Below the pieces are notes generated by a model. That model saw only the letters and a list, made by a program, of their open reading frames with translations. It was not told where the DNA came from and did no database searches. From an uncultured Gammaproteobacteria bacterium (GTDB lineage Bacteria > Cyanobacteriota > Vampirovibrionia > LMEP-6097), in the NCBI GenBank assembly GCA_964438425.1, contig CAYTKM010000002.1:9546-73545 (forward strand): a stretch of 64,000 nucleotides of DNA, given 5' to 3'. Made by a program: the position numbers and the translations under genes. The first letter of the stretch is position 1. Each line of letters opens with the position of its first letter. Positions 17,493-28,384 of the stretch are shown piece after piece.

Positions 17493-17607
17493 TGAAGTTT
17501 GTTTGTAAAATTAACTATTAAACTAGTTAATTTCAAGTATTTTCTTGATACGTTAATTTAAAAACTTTAAATACTTGTAGTGTTAAGTTTTAGCTTAATA
17601 GTAATAA

Positions 17608-18009
17608 CTATTTCAAAGCAAGTGTTTTAGCTAATAAATTTAAAAACTCTTCTTCTAAAAGTTTATATGAAAAGTATTCTTTAATATTTTTAGCTTTAGC
17701 ATCAAGTGGACTGTAATTAACTTTAATTACAAGTAAGCCAACATTTTTCAATTTATTAATAGTGCCATCGTTTAATCTGTATAAACGGTAGATCTCTCTA
17801 AGTCGACGTTTAAGTTTATTACGATCGACAGCTTTTTTAAATAGTTTTTTAGGTACTACAAAACCGACCAAAGGAGCTTTATCCTTTAAGTCGGTTCTAG
17901 TTTCAGTATAAAATAGTTTTAAATGCTTGCTTTTATAAGATTTACCTTTTTGGTAAGTTTGCAAAAACAAACCATTATATTTTATGCGCTCACCTTTAGG
18001 TAAGGACAT
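17608..18009 (-). CDS. rnpA: ribonuclease P protein component
   Basis: Small basic protein immediately downstream of rpmH. Conserved FVVPKKLFKKAVDRNKLKRRLRE RNR-like motif. Confidence 0.85.
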   Translation of the reverse strand: MSLPKGERIKYNGLFLQTYQKGKSYKSKHLKLFYTETRTDLKDKAPLVGFVVPKKLFKKAVDRNKLKRRLREIYRLYRLNDGTINKLKNVGLLVIKVNYSPLDAKAKNIKEYFSYKLLEEEFLNLLAKTLALK

Positions 18010-18016
18010 AGCAAAC

Positions 18017-18151
18017 TTATAAACTTACTTTATGACGGCCTCTGGTTCTACGACGTTTGATCGTACGACGACCAGTAGGACTAGCCATTCTAGCTCTAAA
18101 TCCGCTAGTTCTTTTTCTTTTACGAGTAGTTCCACCTAAAGTTTGTTTCAT
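18017..18151 (-). CDS. rpmH: 50S ribosomal protein L34
   Basis: Not in the ORF track because it is under 60 aa. Minus-strand translation gives [44 protein letters not shown], a canonical L34. Confidence 0.9.
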   Translation of the reverse strand: MKQTLGGTTRKRKRTSGFRARMASPTGRRTIKRRRTRGRHKVSL

Positions 18152-18260
18152 AGCAAATTGTTATTTTAGCATAATTAAAGTTTAAATTATTATTTTATTT
18201 CCAATAGTGATGAATGTATTATTGTTAAGAAGAGGAGTCTTATGTTAATATTTTGTTCTT

Positions 18261-19409
18261 ATGTCACGTATAAAATATTTATCAAGTGAATATCTCAGTA
18301 ACAGTAAAGTTGCGACTGATCGAGCTACACTTCCAGCTAAAAAAAAGCTGGAAGGTAACCTTAAGCAGTATAAGTTAATTGTTAAGCCAAATAATGAAGC
18401 TAGTGAATATTTAAAAAACCTAACAGAGCAGCTTAAAAATATGGAACGTTCAGGTGATATTTTAAATTTAAGTAAAGCAGATAATCATGATTTATATAAT
18501 TTAAATAAAAAAGTTAATAATAAAGGTTCTCAAAATATTCGTAGTCTTCTAGAAAGTGATGGTATTTTGTCTGCTGGTAAAATTACCAGATTAATTGCAG
18601 CGATAAATGCTCTAGATGGTAATTATGATCATAAATTGAAAGGTGAAAAGATACTTTATGCTAAAGATATACTTGATCTTGATGTGAAGGACTTAACTGC
18701 TGATAAAAATCGTATTAATAATATTTCATTAGAGCAAATAGCTAGCATATTAAAGAAAGCTAGTAATATTGAAGAAATACAAAATTCTAATGTATATAAA
18801 ACATTGATTCAAGAACTTAAAATTGATGGTGATTTAAATAAAAAATTAACTTATTTGAAGTCTGCGTTTATAAAAAAATTCGGTGAGAAATTTATTGATA
18901 GCGGTTTGCAGTCAGGTAGCGCGAAAAGAGAATTTGAATCTTTTAAAGACTATCTGAAACATGATCAGGCTCTTCAGGCTAAATACGTCACTCGGATTGG
19001 TGCCGATGTAAAATACTCTGTTAATAAAATGTATGATGCTAGCGCAGCTATTAGGTTAGATCCTAAAAGTTTTTTAGAGGGTGACGATCGAGAACTGGCA
19101 GATAAAGTTTTAGCTTTAGAACTAAAAGATTTTGCTAATGCTGAATGTATGTCTGAAAAAACTATGAAATATCTGGTAGATTATGTTTTTAAGCAGACTG
19201 AGCTTAATGAAATTAAAGACAGTAACTTAAGCCGAAGTATCGAAAAAAATAAGGCATTTTTGCAGGAATTAGGTGTCACTGATAGCGTAAAAAAATCTAA
19301 AAAAGTTCTACAAATTTTAAAATATAATAACGTTTATAGTGATCATAAAATGACTATGTTTAAAAATATATTTTTAAAAAAACTTGAAGCAGCTAGTCAG
19401 CAGTCTTAA
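18261..19409 (+). CDS. hypothetical protein
   Basis: 382-aa Lys/Asn-rich ORF with no recognisable domain. Confidence 0.5.
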   Translation: MSRIKYLSSEYLSNSKVATDRATLPAKKKLEGNLKQYKLIVKPNNEASEYLKNLTEQLKNMERSGDILNLSKADNHDLYNLNKKVNNKGSQNIRSLLESDGILSAGKITRLIAAINALDGNYDHKLKGEKILYAKDILDLDVKDLTADKNRINNISLEQIASILKKASNIEEIQNSNVYKTLIQELKIDGDLNKKLTYLKSAFIKKFGEKFIDSGLQSGSAKREFESFKDYLKHDQALQAKYVTRIGADVKYSVNKMYDASAAIRLDPKSFLEGDDRELADKVLALELKDFANAECMSEKTMKYLVDYVFKQTELNEIKDSNLSRSIEKNKAFLQELGVTDSVKKSKKVLQILKYNNVYSDHKMTMFKNIFLKKLEAASQQS

Positions 19410-19433
19410 TGCTTCAGTTGCTTCAAGTTTTTT
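19376..19433. terminator. 14-bp perfect inverted repeat (aaaaacttgaagca ... tgcttcaagttttt) between convergent genes; candidate bidirectional terminator
   Basis: Read from the sequence. It overlaps the 3' end of 18261..19409 and is followed by TTTTTT. Confidence 0.4.
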
Positions 19434-19527
19434 AGGGTTGTAGGTGAGTTTCCTGGATCTATAAATTAACTTTAAAATAATTTCATTAAGGTTATTAATT
19501 TATACTATCGAGAATTATTAGCACTTG

Positions 19528-21453
19528 TTAGTGCACATGAGCCTCTGGTGTATCTAACAACAATCTAAGCATTGACCTGATTTGCCAGTCTCTATTAGCT
19601 AAAGTAAAGCCATCAGGTTGCAGAGTTTCTAGTAAAATATCGTAGCTGACTTGAGGTAAATCTTCTCCGATAAAATAATCGATACTAAAATCTAGTACTC
19701 CTTTAGCGCTGCCATCAGTTTCACTTGTTAAGAGAGTCTTGAAATACTCTAAATTATCAGTATCATTGATCAAATTTCGGTTGAAATTAATTCTAGAAAT
19801 CAATTGAGTACTTGAATTTAGCCAGAATTTACCCTCTTCTTTATAACCAGTTGGTACAGGCATCTTAAATAAGGTGTAGTTATTGCTGTTAGCGTAATTT
19901 TTAATTCGGCTAACTTCAGCAGCGTTATCAAACTTTCTAATCTTATCGATTGCGTACTCGACTGGAGTCTGAATCTTCTGATTCGAGCTATTTTTAAACT
20001 CATCACTAGTTAAAATAGTTCTTAAGACTTGAGCGATTTGGTCGTCAGCATCTTGGTTAGTCATAAAAGTAGTCTTGCAGGCTTGCACTAAACTATCACC
20101 GCGCGCTCTATCAGTATCATTTACAAACAACGTAATCAGCTTAGAGCAGATGAATTCAGCTGTCTTTGGGTGACTAGCTAGGTCGCGAAGTAGATCTAAA
20201 CCAGTTCTAGCATTGCGGTTAGTATAAATTTTACCGTCCATAAAGCTAAACTGCACTGGATCTGTGTTATGCTGCTCGCGATCGAAATAGAAATGATTGT
20301 TTCTTACAGTCCAGCCCGTAAAGACTTTAGCTGCGCTTTCGACATCGATCTGGGTGTAACCCGCATCCTGTCCCATGGTATGTAATTCTAATAACTCTCT
20401 AGCGTAGTTTTGGTTTGGATTTTCTTTTTTGCTGGCATAGTTATCCAGGTAAATCAGCATACTTTGGCTTCTAGCACTGAATTTAAGTAAGTCATAGAAG
20501 TTACCTAAAGCTTTGCGTCTAAAAAAATGGTTTTCTTTAAGCTCAGACTTTAAAGTGCGCACTATAAAATCTACTGTGTTTCCAGGTTTAGCGCTTGAAA
20601 TCAGTTTAAAGCTTTCTACTTTAACGAGTTCGTCATTTTTATCCATATCACTATCTAAGATCTTTTGAGCTAAATTAAACCTGATACCCATCTGAAAAAG
20701 TTCATTTTTCCAGCGCTCACCATTTAGAGGAATAGTATAAGTGTGAAATTCACCGTCTTTTATCAGATTAATTTCTTCTAGATAACCGTCAACTTTAAGA
20801 AAGTATCTGTTATCTCTTTTATATTCGTCTGGTATGATATCATCTCTAACTCTAAAACCAAGTCCAGAACTTTCAATCTTGGGTGAAACTGACATAGTGA
20901 TTTCGACTGTATCGAATTCTGAGCTGTCCATAATATCAAAGTCATAAGCATTGGCTATAAGGTCGAAGTTATTACGATCGACTCTAGGAACTAGATTGTG
21001 CAGATTATCCTCGCGCACATTGAGACGACAGTCATGTCCATAGGTATAACGCAGCATTTTGCGCAAATTAGTATTAAAGTGATTATCCCAAAACCAGGTC
21101 ATCAGCTCGTTTAACTGTCTATTTGCGTAGGTCATGTTAGCAAGCGCCCAGTTATCTAGATTAGCTTGCCAGTTACGTTGATTAGCTGTAAGTGGATCTA
21201 AGTTAATTTCACCATCATTAGCTTTTCTTCTGATGCCACCATTTTTAATACCTTTAGGATTAAGTTGATAGTCTAGGTAACCTTGATAGCCCAGTTCCTG
21301 AGCCTTTTTCATATCAGCCCAGCTAGCGCCAAAACTAGTTCTTTCGACTAAATTTCTTAACTGTGGGTCTAAAACCTGCGCTTTTAACTGAGGCGCAAAA
21401 CTAAAAGCACTAGCAAAGCTAGCTATTAAGAGTATTTTATTTAAATATTTCAT
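19528..21453 (-). CDS. DUF1800 family protein
   Basis: Size, signal peptide and 4-nt overlap with a downstream DUF1501 partner match the widespread DUF1800/DUF1501 gene pair. Confidence 0.7.
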   Translation of the reverse strand: MKYLNKILLIASFASAFSFAPQLKAQVLDPQLRNLVERTSFGASWADMKKAQELGYQGYLDYQLNPKGIKNGGIRRKANDGEINLDPLTANQRNWQANLDNWALANMTYANRQLNELMTWFWDNHFNTNLRKMLRYTYGHDCRLNVREDNLHNLVPRVDRNNFDLIANAYDFDIMDSSEFDTVEITMSVSPKIESSGLGFRVRDDIIPDEYKRDNRYFLKVDGYLEEINLIKDGEFHTYTIPLNGERWKNELFQMGIRFNLAQKILDSDMDKNDELVKVESFKLISSAKPGNTVDFIVRTLKSELKENHFFRRKALGNFYDLLKFSARSQSMLIYLDNYASKKENPNQNYARELLELHTMGQDAGYTQIDVESAAKVFTGWTVRNNHFYFDREQHNTDPVQFSFMDGKIYTNRNARTGLDLLRDLASHPKTAEFICSKLITLFVNDTDRARGDSLVQACKTTFMTNQDADDQIAQVLRTILTSDEFKNSSNQKIQTPVEYAIDKIRKFDNAAEVSRIKNYANSNNYTLFKMPVPTGYKEEGKFWLNSSTQLISRINFNRNLINDTDNLEYFKTLLTSETDGSAKGVLDFSIDYFIGEDLPQVSYDILLETLQPDGFTLANRDWQIRSMLRLLLDTPEAHVH

Positions 21454-22781
21454 GCTACGAAACCTACTTTTTTAGAACTTATATTTTGGAAAACTTGAGT
21501 CGGGTTTAAAGCGAAGTGATGTTCTACCAGCTCAGCTACTATATCTACAATGTCTACACTGTAGTCTAAATATCTGTTATCAAGTAACTGCTCAGTCTTA
21601 AGACCAGGCCAGCCACCATAAACGCCGCCTTTAACTTTGTTTCCTAATACAAACCAACAATTACCTTTACCGTGATCAGTACCCCGAGAAGCATTTTCCT
21701 TCATCGTACGCCCGAATTCACTCATAACCAGTAAATTAATTTCTTTAGACTCACCTTTAATATCTTCATAAAAAGCTGCTAGAGCTTCGGATAGTTGCTG
21801 CCAGTTATAGTCATGACCACCTCGCTGATTATTGTGAGTATCAAAACCACCTCTATCAAGCGCAAGCGCTTTTACACTAGAGCTTTTAATTAAAGCTGCC
21901 GCAGTTTTTAGTTGCTTAGCGATAGTGGTATTAGGATAATTTGCTCCTAAATCCAGATTTTGGTCGATGTCTTTTAAAATTTTTACATCCTTAAAAGTAT
22001 TTAAACCTAAAGCTTTAATTTGAGATACATAGGCATGGTTGTTTGTGCCACTCGCACCATAAAACTGAGTTAATTTATCTAAGTGATTAAAGTCTAAATT
22101 TCTAACTAAACTTGAAATGTTATTAAAAGTAGTAACAGGATACTGACCTTTAAATAATTCATGAGTCGAGTGGGTTAAAGATACGGCATTTAAAGTGTCT
22201 GCTGCTGGAATAGTTGCGTTTAATAGTGAGCGATTAAGCCAACCAGATTCAATATCATCTACAAGTCCGGTATTTAGCATATCCTGACTTTTAAAATGTG
22301 AGCGCGTTAAATTCTGGTTCCAAGTTGCTGGAAAAACAGCTAGACCACCGGCATCATAAACTGATTTAAGACCAGCTAACCTTCTATTAAAACCTAAAAT
22401 TGGGTGACCGATATCTAAAACATCGTTTTCTCTTACAGCAAGTGTCGGTCTTAGATCGTAGTAAGCAGGGTCACCTGTCGGTACTACAGTGTTTAAACCA
22501 TCGTTACCACCCCTTAAAAATAAACAGATCAGGGCTTTATTTGAAACTGGTCCGGGCGCAGAATTAGCTGCAAATACCTCCCCAGGGTTCATACCAGCAT
22601 TCAATTGCTTTATCAGGTCTTGAGCAAATAATTCTTGAGGGATACACAATCCAGGAATTATACTAGCTAAACCACCGATTAAAGAACTTTTAAGAACGTT
22701 TCTACGTGTGACTTTCATAAGCTTTAATAAATTCATGCCCTGAAATTTGGATAATAGCTCTAGGCTATTTAAATTCTTCAC
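21450..22781 (-). CDS. DUF1501 family protein (sulfatase-like fold) with a Tat signal; true start probably one of the internal Met (MNLLKLMKVTRRNVL)
   Basis: Twin-arginine motif TRRNVLKSSLIGGLASI. C-terminal DUF1501-like conserved region including GTDHG. Confidence 0.75.
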   Translation of the reverse strand: MKNLNSLELLSKFQGMNLLKLMKVTRRNVLKSSLIGGLASIIPGLCIPQELFAQDLIKQLNAGMNPGEVFAANSAPGPVSNKALICLFLRGGNDGLNTVVPTGDPAYYDLRPTLAVRENDVLDIGHPILGFNRRLAGLKSVYDAGGLAVFPATWNQNLTRSHFKSQDMLNTGLVDDIESGWLNRSLLNATIPAADTLNAVSLTHSTHELFKGQYPVTTFNNISSLVRNLDFNHLDKLTQFYGASGTNNHAYVSQIKALGLNTFKDVKILKDIDQNLDLGANYPNTTIAKQLKTAAALIKSSSVKALALDRGGFDTHNNQRGGHDYNWQQLSEALAAFYEDIKGESKEINLLVMSEFGRTMKENASRGTDHGKGNCWFVLGNKVKGGVYGGWPGLKTEQLLDNRYLDYSVDIVDIVAELVEHHFALNPTQVFQNISSKKVGFVA

Positions 22782-22944
22782 AGGTTATTTGGCTGAATTT
22801 ACTGCTGGTAAGCCCTTAAAATCTTTAAAATTTATAAGCCCTACCATAAAGCAACTAAAAGATTTAGTCAAAGTGTATATTTAAGATATACTTTAAAAGG
22901 ATTTTTAAATCCTAAAGTTTAAATTAATTTATTTCTTTCTTGCT

Positions 22945-24336
22945 GTGGGCTATTTAAATAATAAGATCAATTTTCCAACTAATTTAACGCCAGCGCAATT
23001 CACAATGCTGAGTTTTATCGCTGTAAGTTTGCTTGGAGGCTTGCTGCTAATGCTACCATTTGCTAATACTAATGGTCAGTGGCGTGATTTTTTAAGCTGT
23101 TTTTTCATGTCAGTTAGCGCGACTTGCGTAACTGGACTTGCAGTCGTGGATGTAGGGAAAGATTTTAGTTTATTCGGGCAAAGTGTAATTTTATTATTGA
23201 TGCAAATTGGTGGTCTAAGTTACATGACGATCACGACTTTATTTGTTTATATTTTAGGGCGCAAGCTTAGTTATAGTGATACCAAAATCTTTGATATGTC
23301 AAATAGTAGCGATCGAAGGATAGACTTTCGTGATTTTGTGATAAAGATTGGTTTATATACACTTACCATCGAGTTTTTCGGTTTTTTAGCACTTTTATAT
23401 CACTCGCTTAAGATCGGTGATACCACCTTTCAAGGTATTTTTGCAGCAGCATTTCATGCGGTCTCAGCTTTTTGCAATGCTGGACTTAGTCTATATTCAT
23501 CGAGCCTAGAACCATACCGCGAGTATCATTGGTATATCTTTATTTTTGGTTTACTGCCAATTTTAGGTGGTCTTGGTTACACTGTCTTGCATGAGATCTG
23601 GCTGGCTATCAAGCATAAAACTAAAGGCTATTTAACCAAGCGCCCACATCTATCACTTCATACTAAGATTGCTTTAAAGATGACAGGGGTAATGCTAGTT
23701 TTAGGTCTTATTATTCAGTTTTCCTTACTATATTTACATGGCGATGAATATGGCTTTAATCTACCTTGGCATGAAAATTTTTGGATCGCTTACTTCCAAA
23801 GTGTTTGTTCAAGATCAGCTGGCTTTAATTCCATACCTATTAATACTTTAGATGATCCAAGTCAATTTTTCTTAATCGCTTGGATGTTTATCGGTGCTTG
23901 TCCTGGTGGTACTGGTGGTGGTATTAAAGTTACTACTTTAGCAGTAATTTTTGTAATGATGAAAGCAGGCTTGCATGAGCAGTGCCAAGCGCGCATAGAT
24001 AATCGTAGCTTGCCTGATATCGTCCAGAAAAGAGCCGTAATAATTTTCATGTCAACGATTTTATTTATCGCGGTCTCAACTTTTTTAATTGTAGTTCTAG
24101 AGTATGGGCGAGGGGATAGTCGTTTTGTGTATAAGCTTTTCGAGGTTACCTCAGCCTACTCGACAGTCGGGATGTCGGATGGCATTACGGGGGAGCTTAG
24201 CTCAATGTCACAGCTAGTTTTATGTTTTTGTATGCTAATTGGTAGACCTGGAACTTTACTACTATTAATGTCCATTTTTCCTGACACTAAAGCTAAAAAT
24301 CTAAATTATCCAGAAGAGTCAATTTTAATTGGTTAA
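22945..24336 (+). CDS. TrkH/KtrB-family potassium uptake transporter
   Basis: Multiple TM segments with repeated glycine filter motifs (GGTGGGIKVTT). 463 aa. Confidence 0.8.
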   Translation: MGYLNNKINFPTNLTPAQFTMLSFIAVSLLGGLLLMLPFANTNGQWRDFLSCFFMSVSATCVTGLAVVDVGKDFSLFGQSVILLLMQIGGLSYMTITTLFVYILGRKLSYSDTKIFDMSNSSDRRIDFRDFVIKIGLYTLTIEFFGFLALLYHSLKIGDTTFQGIFAAAFHAVSAFCNAGLSLYSSSLEPYREYHWYIFIFGLLPILGGLGYTVLHEIWLAIKHKTKGYLTKRPHLSLHTKIALKMTGVMLVLGLIIQFSLLYLHGDEYGFNLPWHENFWIAYFQSVCSRSAGFNSIPINTLDDPSQFFLIAWMFIGACPGGTGGGIKVTTLAVIFVMMKAGLHEQCQARIDNRSLPDIVQKRAVIIFMSTILFIAVSTFLIVVLEYGRGDSRFVYKLFEVTSAYSTVGMSDGITGELSSMSQLVLCFCMLIGRPGTLLLLMSIFPDTKAKNLNYPEESILIG

Positions 24337-24430
24337 GCTGATTTGAGCTATACTAGGAAAGAGACTTGCCTGGCTGGAGCTGTTTTATAATTAATTTGAT
24401 TTCTAGCTAAGCACTTAATTCTTAGATACT

Positions 24431-25522
24431 ATGAAAGACCAAAAACTTACTGAACTAATGCTTAAATCACTAAAAAAAGACCCGCAGCTAGCAAGCGCTG
24501 ACGAGTGGGATAAGGCTGGTGATTTTGCTAAGGATATGAGGTTTTTTCCACATGCTTTTAATTGCTATCAGCTCTCAGTTAAACTTACACCCCAAGAAAC
24601 TGTCGTTAATAAGCTTGATGACATGCTAGATAAAATAACTAATGTATTAGCTTATGTGCCTGAGGATATAAAGGCTGATATAGAAGAATTTCGCTTTAAC
24701 AATCCTTTAGACCCTGCAAAGTGGCTGGCTTTAACTAATAAACTTCTAAAAGGCGATCAGTCTAAGCGCGCAGCTATTAAATTTAGTCTATCTATGTGCA
24801 TTTACTGTGCGATCCGTTCTGGACTTGATGTAGCGCCGATGAATCAGGCTTTAATTGAATTTTTAGATGAAGATGAACTTAATGAAGCTGAGCTTAAAAA
24901 CTATAAAATTAAACCTAGCGAGTATCAACGTGCAGTCGCTTTAGGTGATAACGTGACTCTAGGCTTGCAACAAAACTGGGAAATCAAGTTCGATGAAACG
25001 TTCCATCATTTATGGAATAAAGAACTTAAAAAGCCACTGATGATGGCTAACTGCGGTGTGTCGGGTGCTGGTATTTTAGATGCGGTTTTATATCTAGAAA
25101 GAGATGTCATAAACTATAAACCTGAGTTGGTTTTAATTAACTACGGTATTAATGATGCCTGGCTAGGGCTAGCTTCTTTATTTGCTTATGAATCTTTACT
25201 GGAGTTTGTGGTAAAAACTTTACTTGATCAAGGTATGAAAGTTGTTATAGTTGGCGCGGTGCCACATTTACCTGAAAACTGTCCGGAAGCTTTAAGACCG
25301 AATGTCGGCGTGAATATAAAAGAAGTGGAAATAGAATCTTGGCTTAAAATAAGCAAGCAAGTGGCTGCCAGATTAAAAGTTCCATACGCTGATACAGCAG
25401 CTAAGTTCCCGCGCGATAAAGCAGAGCGCGCTAAATATTTTGCTAATGGCTTTAACCAACCTAATATTTCAGGTCACAGGCTGATGAAGGCTGCACTTGA
25501 TGATCTAACTGTTAATACTTAG
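24431..25522 (+). CDS. hypothetical protein; the C-terminal half is weakly SGNH/GDSL-hydrolase-like (GxND block VLINYGINDAW)
   Basis: Only a partial motif match, so the assignment is tentative. Confidence 0.5.
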   Translation: MKDQKLTELMLKSLKKDPQLASADEWDKAGDFAKDMRFFPHAFNCYQLSVKLTPQETVVNKLDDMLDKITNVLAYVPEDIKADIEEFRFNNPLDPAKWLALTNKLLKGDQSKRAAIKFSLSMCIYCAIRSGLDVAPMNQALIEFLDEDELNEAELKNYKIKPSEYQRAVALGDNVTLGLQQNWEIKFDETFHHLWNKELKKPLMMANCGVSGAGILDAVLYLERDVINYKPELVLINYGINDAWLGLASLFAYESLLEFVVKTLLDQGMKVVIVGAVPHLPENCPEALRPNVGVNIKEVEIESWLKISKQVAARLKVPYADTAAKFPRDKAERAKYFANGFNQPNISGHRLMKAALDDLTVNT

Positions 25523-26216
25523 TTCTAGCAGTTAAGTTAACTTTAGCCTGAAACTTTTTAGTTTGTTTGTAAGTGTTAAGTATGGAAGATACTTGGCAAG
25601 GCTTTAGTAAGTTTTGATATTTAAACTGTGGTTCAATTTTACCGTTAATTTTTTTATCACTAATAAGCTTTTTTTTAAATAATTTAGGGTTCTCGTTGAT
25701 TTTACCTATTAAATTTAAAACTAGTAAATCTTTAATGGTATCTAGCTCTCTATTATTAACCTCTTCTGATATTCTTAGATATGAATTAAAGTCTCTACGC
25801 TCGAGATTATACTGGCTTGATTTACGTGCTAATTCATCTACTTTAAAGTCTTTAAACATTGTTTCTATTTCTGAGTAATTAGCTTTAAGATACTTTCTAT
25901 AATCTTTAACTAAAGAATACTCGGGATCTTGTTTAGGGTATGTTGCTGATGAATATTTCTCAATTTTAGGTTTAGAAAATCCTTTATGTACAGTTGGTGT
26001 ATTATTTTTACTATAATTCTTGTTTTTGACTGCATGAAGCTCCTTTAAAGTATCAAGTTCGTTTTCAGGATTTTTACTTTTCCTCGTAGTAGCTAAAGCA
26101 TATTTAGAAGTGTTAACCTCGACAGAAAGAGCTAGATCCTTAGAGCTTTCTATGTTAGGTTTTAGTATCGATGTTTGAACTTTATGTCTTATATTAGAGT
26201 TTTTATTGATTTTCAT
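25512..26216 (-). CDS. hypothetical Lys-rich protein
   Basis: 234-aa ORF. Its 3' end overlaps the convergent 24431..25522 gene by 11 nt. Confidence 0.45.
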   Translation of the reverse strand: MKINKNSNIRHKVQTSILKPNIESSKDLALSVEVNTSKYALATTRKSKNPENELDTLKELHAVKNKNYSKNNTPTVHKGFSKPKIEKYSSATYPKQDPEYSLVKDYRKYLKANYSEIETMFKDFKVDELARKSSQYNLERRDFNSYLRISEEVNNRELDTIKDLLVLNLIGKINENPKLFKKKLISDKKINGKIEPQFKYQNLLKPCQVSSILNTYKQTKKFQAKVNLTARTKY

Positions 26217-26481
26217 ACTTTAAATTAATTATGATCTAAGTTTTTTATTTTAACCTTATTAGATGAAATATAAGTTGAATAATATACCCTGAAGCTTAAA
26301 AGATAGTTGAGATTTCAGATAGGATTTAATTAAGGTTAGTCCGTAATTAGTTATATAAATTATTATTAAAGAACTTTAACTTTTTCAACTTTTAAGCTGT
26401 GTAAAGCTTTTAGGCTTTAAATTCTTGTAAATTTAAACTAGATTTAAAACTAAAATCTGAAATTTGCTCTAAAGTTAAAGT

Positions 26482-27216
26482 ATGAGTTATAAAGTGGCTG
26501 TAATTCCCGCACGTTATGAAAGCTCCCGGCTTAAACATAAATTATTACTGGATTTAGCTGGTAAAAGTGTTTTACAAAGAACTTACGAGCAAGTAAAGCA
26601 AGCTACAAGTATTGATGAAGTCGTGATCGCTACTGATCATGAAAAGATCTATGAGCACGCACGCGCCTTCGGCGCGCGCACATTCATGACCGCATTAGAA
26701 CATAATTCGGGTACTGACAGGATTAGCGAGCTTGCTCAAAAAAATAGTAGCTGGGATCTTATCGTTAATGTGCAGGGTGATGAACCATTTATCGACCCGC
26801 AGCACTTAGATCTGGCTTTGCAACCTTTTGAATTTGAACCGCAGCTAGAAATGACCAGCCTGTATCATGAAATAGGCTATCAGGAAGCTGTTTTACCGAG
26901 TAACGTAAAAGTAGTAGTAAATTTAAACTCCGATGCCATGTACTTTTCGCGCGCTTTAATACCGATGATTCGCGATGACACGAAATCAAGAGGTACTAAA
27001 TATCTTAAACATATCGGTTTATATGTTTACCGCCGTGAAACTTTACTAGAGCTTGCTAGTCTGCCAGCTAGTAAAACAGAACAGCTCGAAAAATTAGAAC
27101 AGTTAAGAGCTCTTGAAAACCAGATTAAGATTAGAATGCTAAAAGTGGCTGAACCAGCAATTAGTATCGATACTAGAGAAGATTACTTGCAAGCCTCGGC
27201 TTTACTAAAAAACTAG
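26482..27216 (+). CDS. kdsB: 3-deoxy-manno-octulosonate cytidylyltransferase (CMP-Kdo synthetase)
   Basis: VIPARYESSRL...VNVQGDEP motifs typical of KdsB. Confidence 0.9.
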   Translation: MSYKVAVIPARYESSRLKHKLLLDLAGKSVLQRTYEQVKQATSIDEVVIATDHEKIYEHARAFGARTFMTALEHNSGTDRISELAQKNSSWDLIVNVQGDEPFIDPQHLDLALQPFEFEPQLEMTSLYHEIGYQEAVLPSNVKVVVNLNSDAMYFSRALIPMIRDDTKSRGTKYLKHIGLYVYRRETLLELASLPASKTEQLEKLEQLRALENQIKIRMLKVAEPAISIDTREDYLQASALLKN

Positions 27217-27462
27217 CTTGTAATATATGCACTTATTCAATTAAAGTAAACTGACTCTGATGGCAGTGTAATTAAAGTGAGTTTAGTAAACTTATAAATT
27301 AAATATTCATTCTATAATAATATGTGAGCTGGTGTTTTTTATGTAGTAAAAGGGATTTCTGTTATGCATAAGTGCACGCGGCTTTCAAATCAGTAAAGAA
27401 AAAAAATAAATTTGTTTAGTTAGTAAATATTATTATATTTTATAGATAAATAACGAAACTTA

Positions 27463-28383
27463 ATGCAACAAACCGTATCCGAACAACAAAAAAACTTAAT
27501 TACTAAAATTAAACGTATTTTGTTTAAGACAGATAAGCTAGCCAGCCAACTACTTGCAGGTGAGTATAAATCAGCTTTTAAAGGTACTGGGATTAACTTT
27601 GATAATATTCGTGAGTACCAGCCAGGAGATGACATTCGCAATCTAGATTGGAAAGTGACAGCGCGCATGCAAAGTCCATATCTAAGGCAGTACCGTGAGG
27701 AAAGACAGTTAACTGTAATGTTAATGATAGACTTGAGCGCGTCTAATAATTTTGGTACTCAAGATCAGTCTAAAAAAGAAGTAATTATCGAGATTGCCTC
27801 TTTGTTAGCTTTTTTAGCTTCTAAAAATAATGATCGAGTAGGTATTATGCTAATTACTGATAGGGTTGAATTATTTATTAAGCCTAAGCAAGATAAATCC
27901 CATATTTTTAGGATTATAAGAGACTTACTCCTATATGAACCTGAATCCGATAAAACCAATTTTAAAAAAGCTTTTAGTGAAGCGAGTAAGCTAATGACCA
28001 AGCACTCGATAGTTTTTGTAATCTCTGACTTTTTAGAAGACCTGCCAGCTGGTAAAACCTCTCTTAGTTATTATGATGATCTGAAAATTATGCGTAAGAT
28101 TCAGGATTTAACTGCAATTTCGATTCGCGACCCTAAAGAATTTGAGTTGCCTGATATCGGTTTTGTGACTATTTGTGATCCTGAAAGCGGCGAGCAGCGT
28201 TTACTTAATTTAAATCGTAAGAGTACTCGTGATCTGTACCACGAAAAACAGTGCGAGCAGCATGTGACTGTTAGAAACGCTTTCACGCACTTAAATATAG
28301 ATTTTGTGGATATTTATTTAGATAAACCCTATATACCAGAACTGATTAAATTATTTTTAAAAAGAGAAAAACGTATCGCCTAA
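27463..28383 (+). CDS. DUF58 domain protein (MoxR-associated VWA-like)
   Basis: Conserved DUF58 region ...YQPGDDIRNLDWKVTAR... Position is upstream of the bat genes. Confidence 0.75.
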   Translation: MQQTVSEQQKNLITKIKRILFKTDKLASQLLAGEYKSAFKGTGINFDNIREYQPGDDIRNLDWKVTARMQSPYLRQYREERQLTVMLMIDLSASNNFGTQDQSKKEVIIEIASLLAFLASKNNDRVGIMLITDRVELFIKPKQDKSHIFRIIRDLLLYEPESDKTNFKKAFSEASKLMTKHSIVFVISDFLEDLPAGKTSLSYYDDLKIMRKIQDLTAISIRDPKEFELPDIGFVTICDPESGEQRLLNLNRKSTRDLYHEKQCEQHVTVRNAFTHLNIDFVDIYLDKPYIPELIKLFLKREKRIA

Positions 28384-28384
28384 A

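Noticed and set aside
18152-18260. oriC next to rpmH
   Set aside because: No dnaA gene is adjacent, and no cluster of DnaA boxes (TTATCCACA-like) was found in the rpmH upstream region.
27217-27462. Missing MoxR AAA+ gene upstream of DUF58, possibly hidden as a frameshifted ORF
   Set aside because: The interval is only 246 bp and AT-rich, with no Walker A-like coding potential in any frame.
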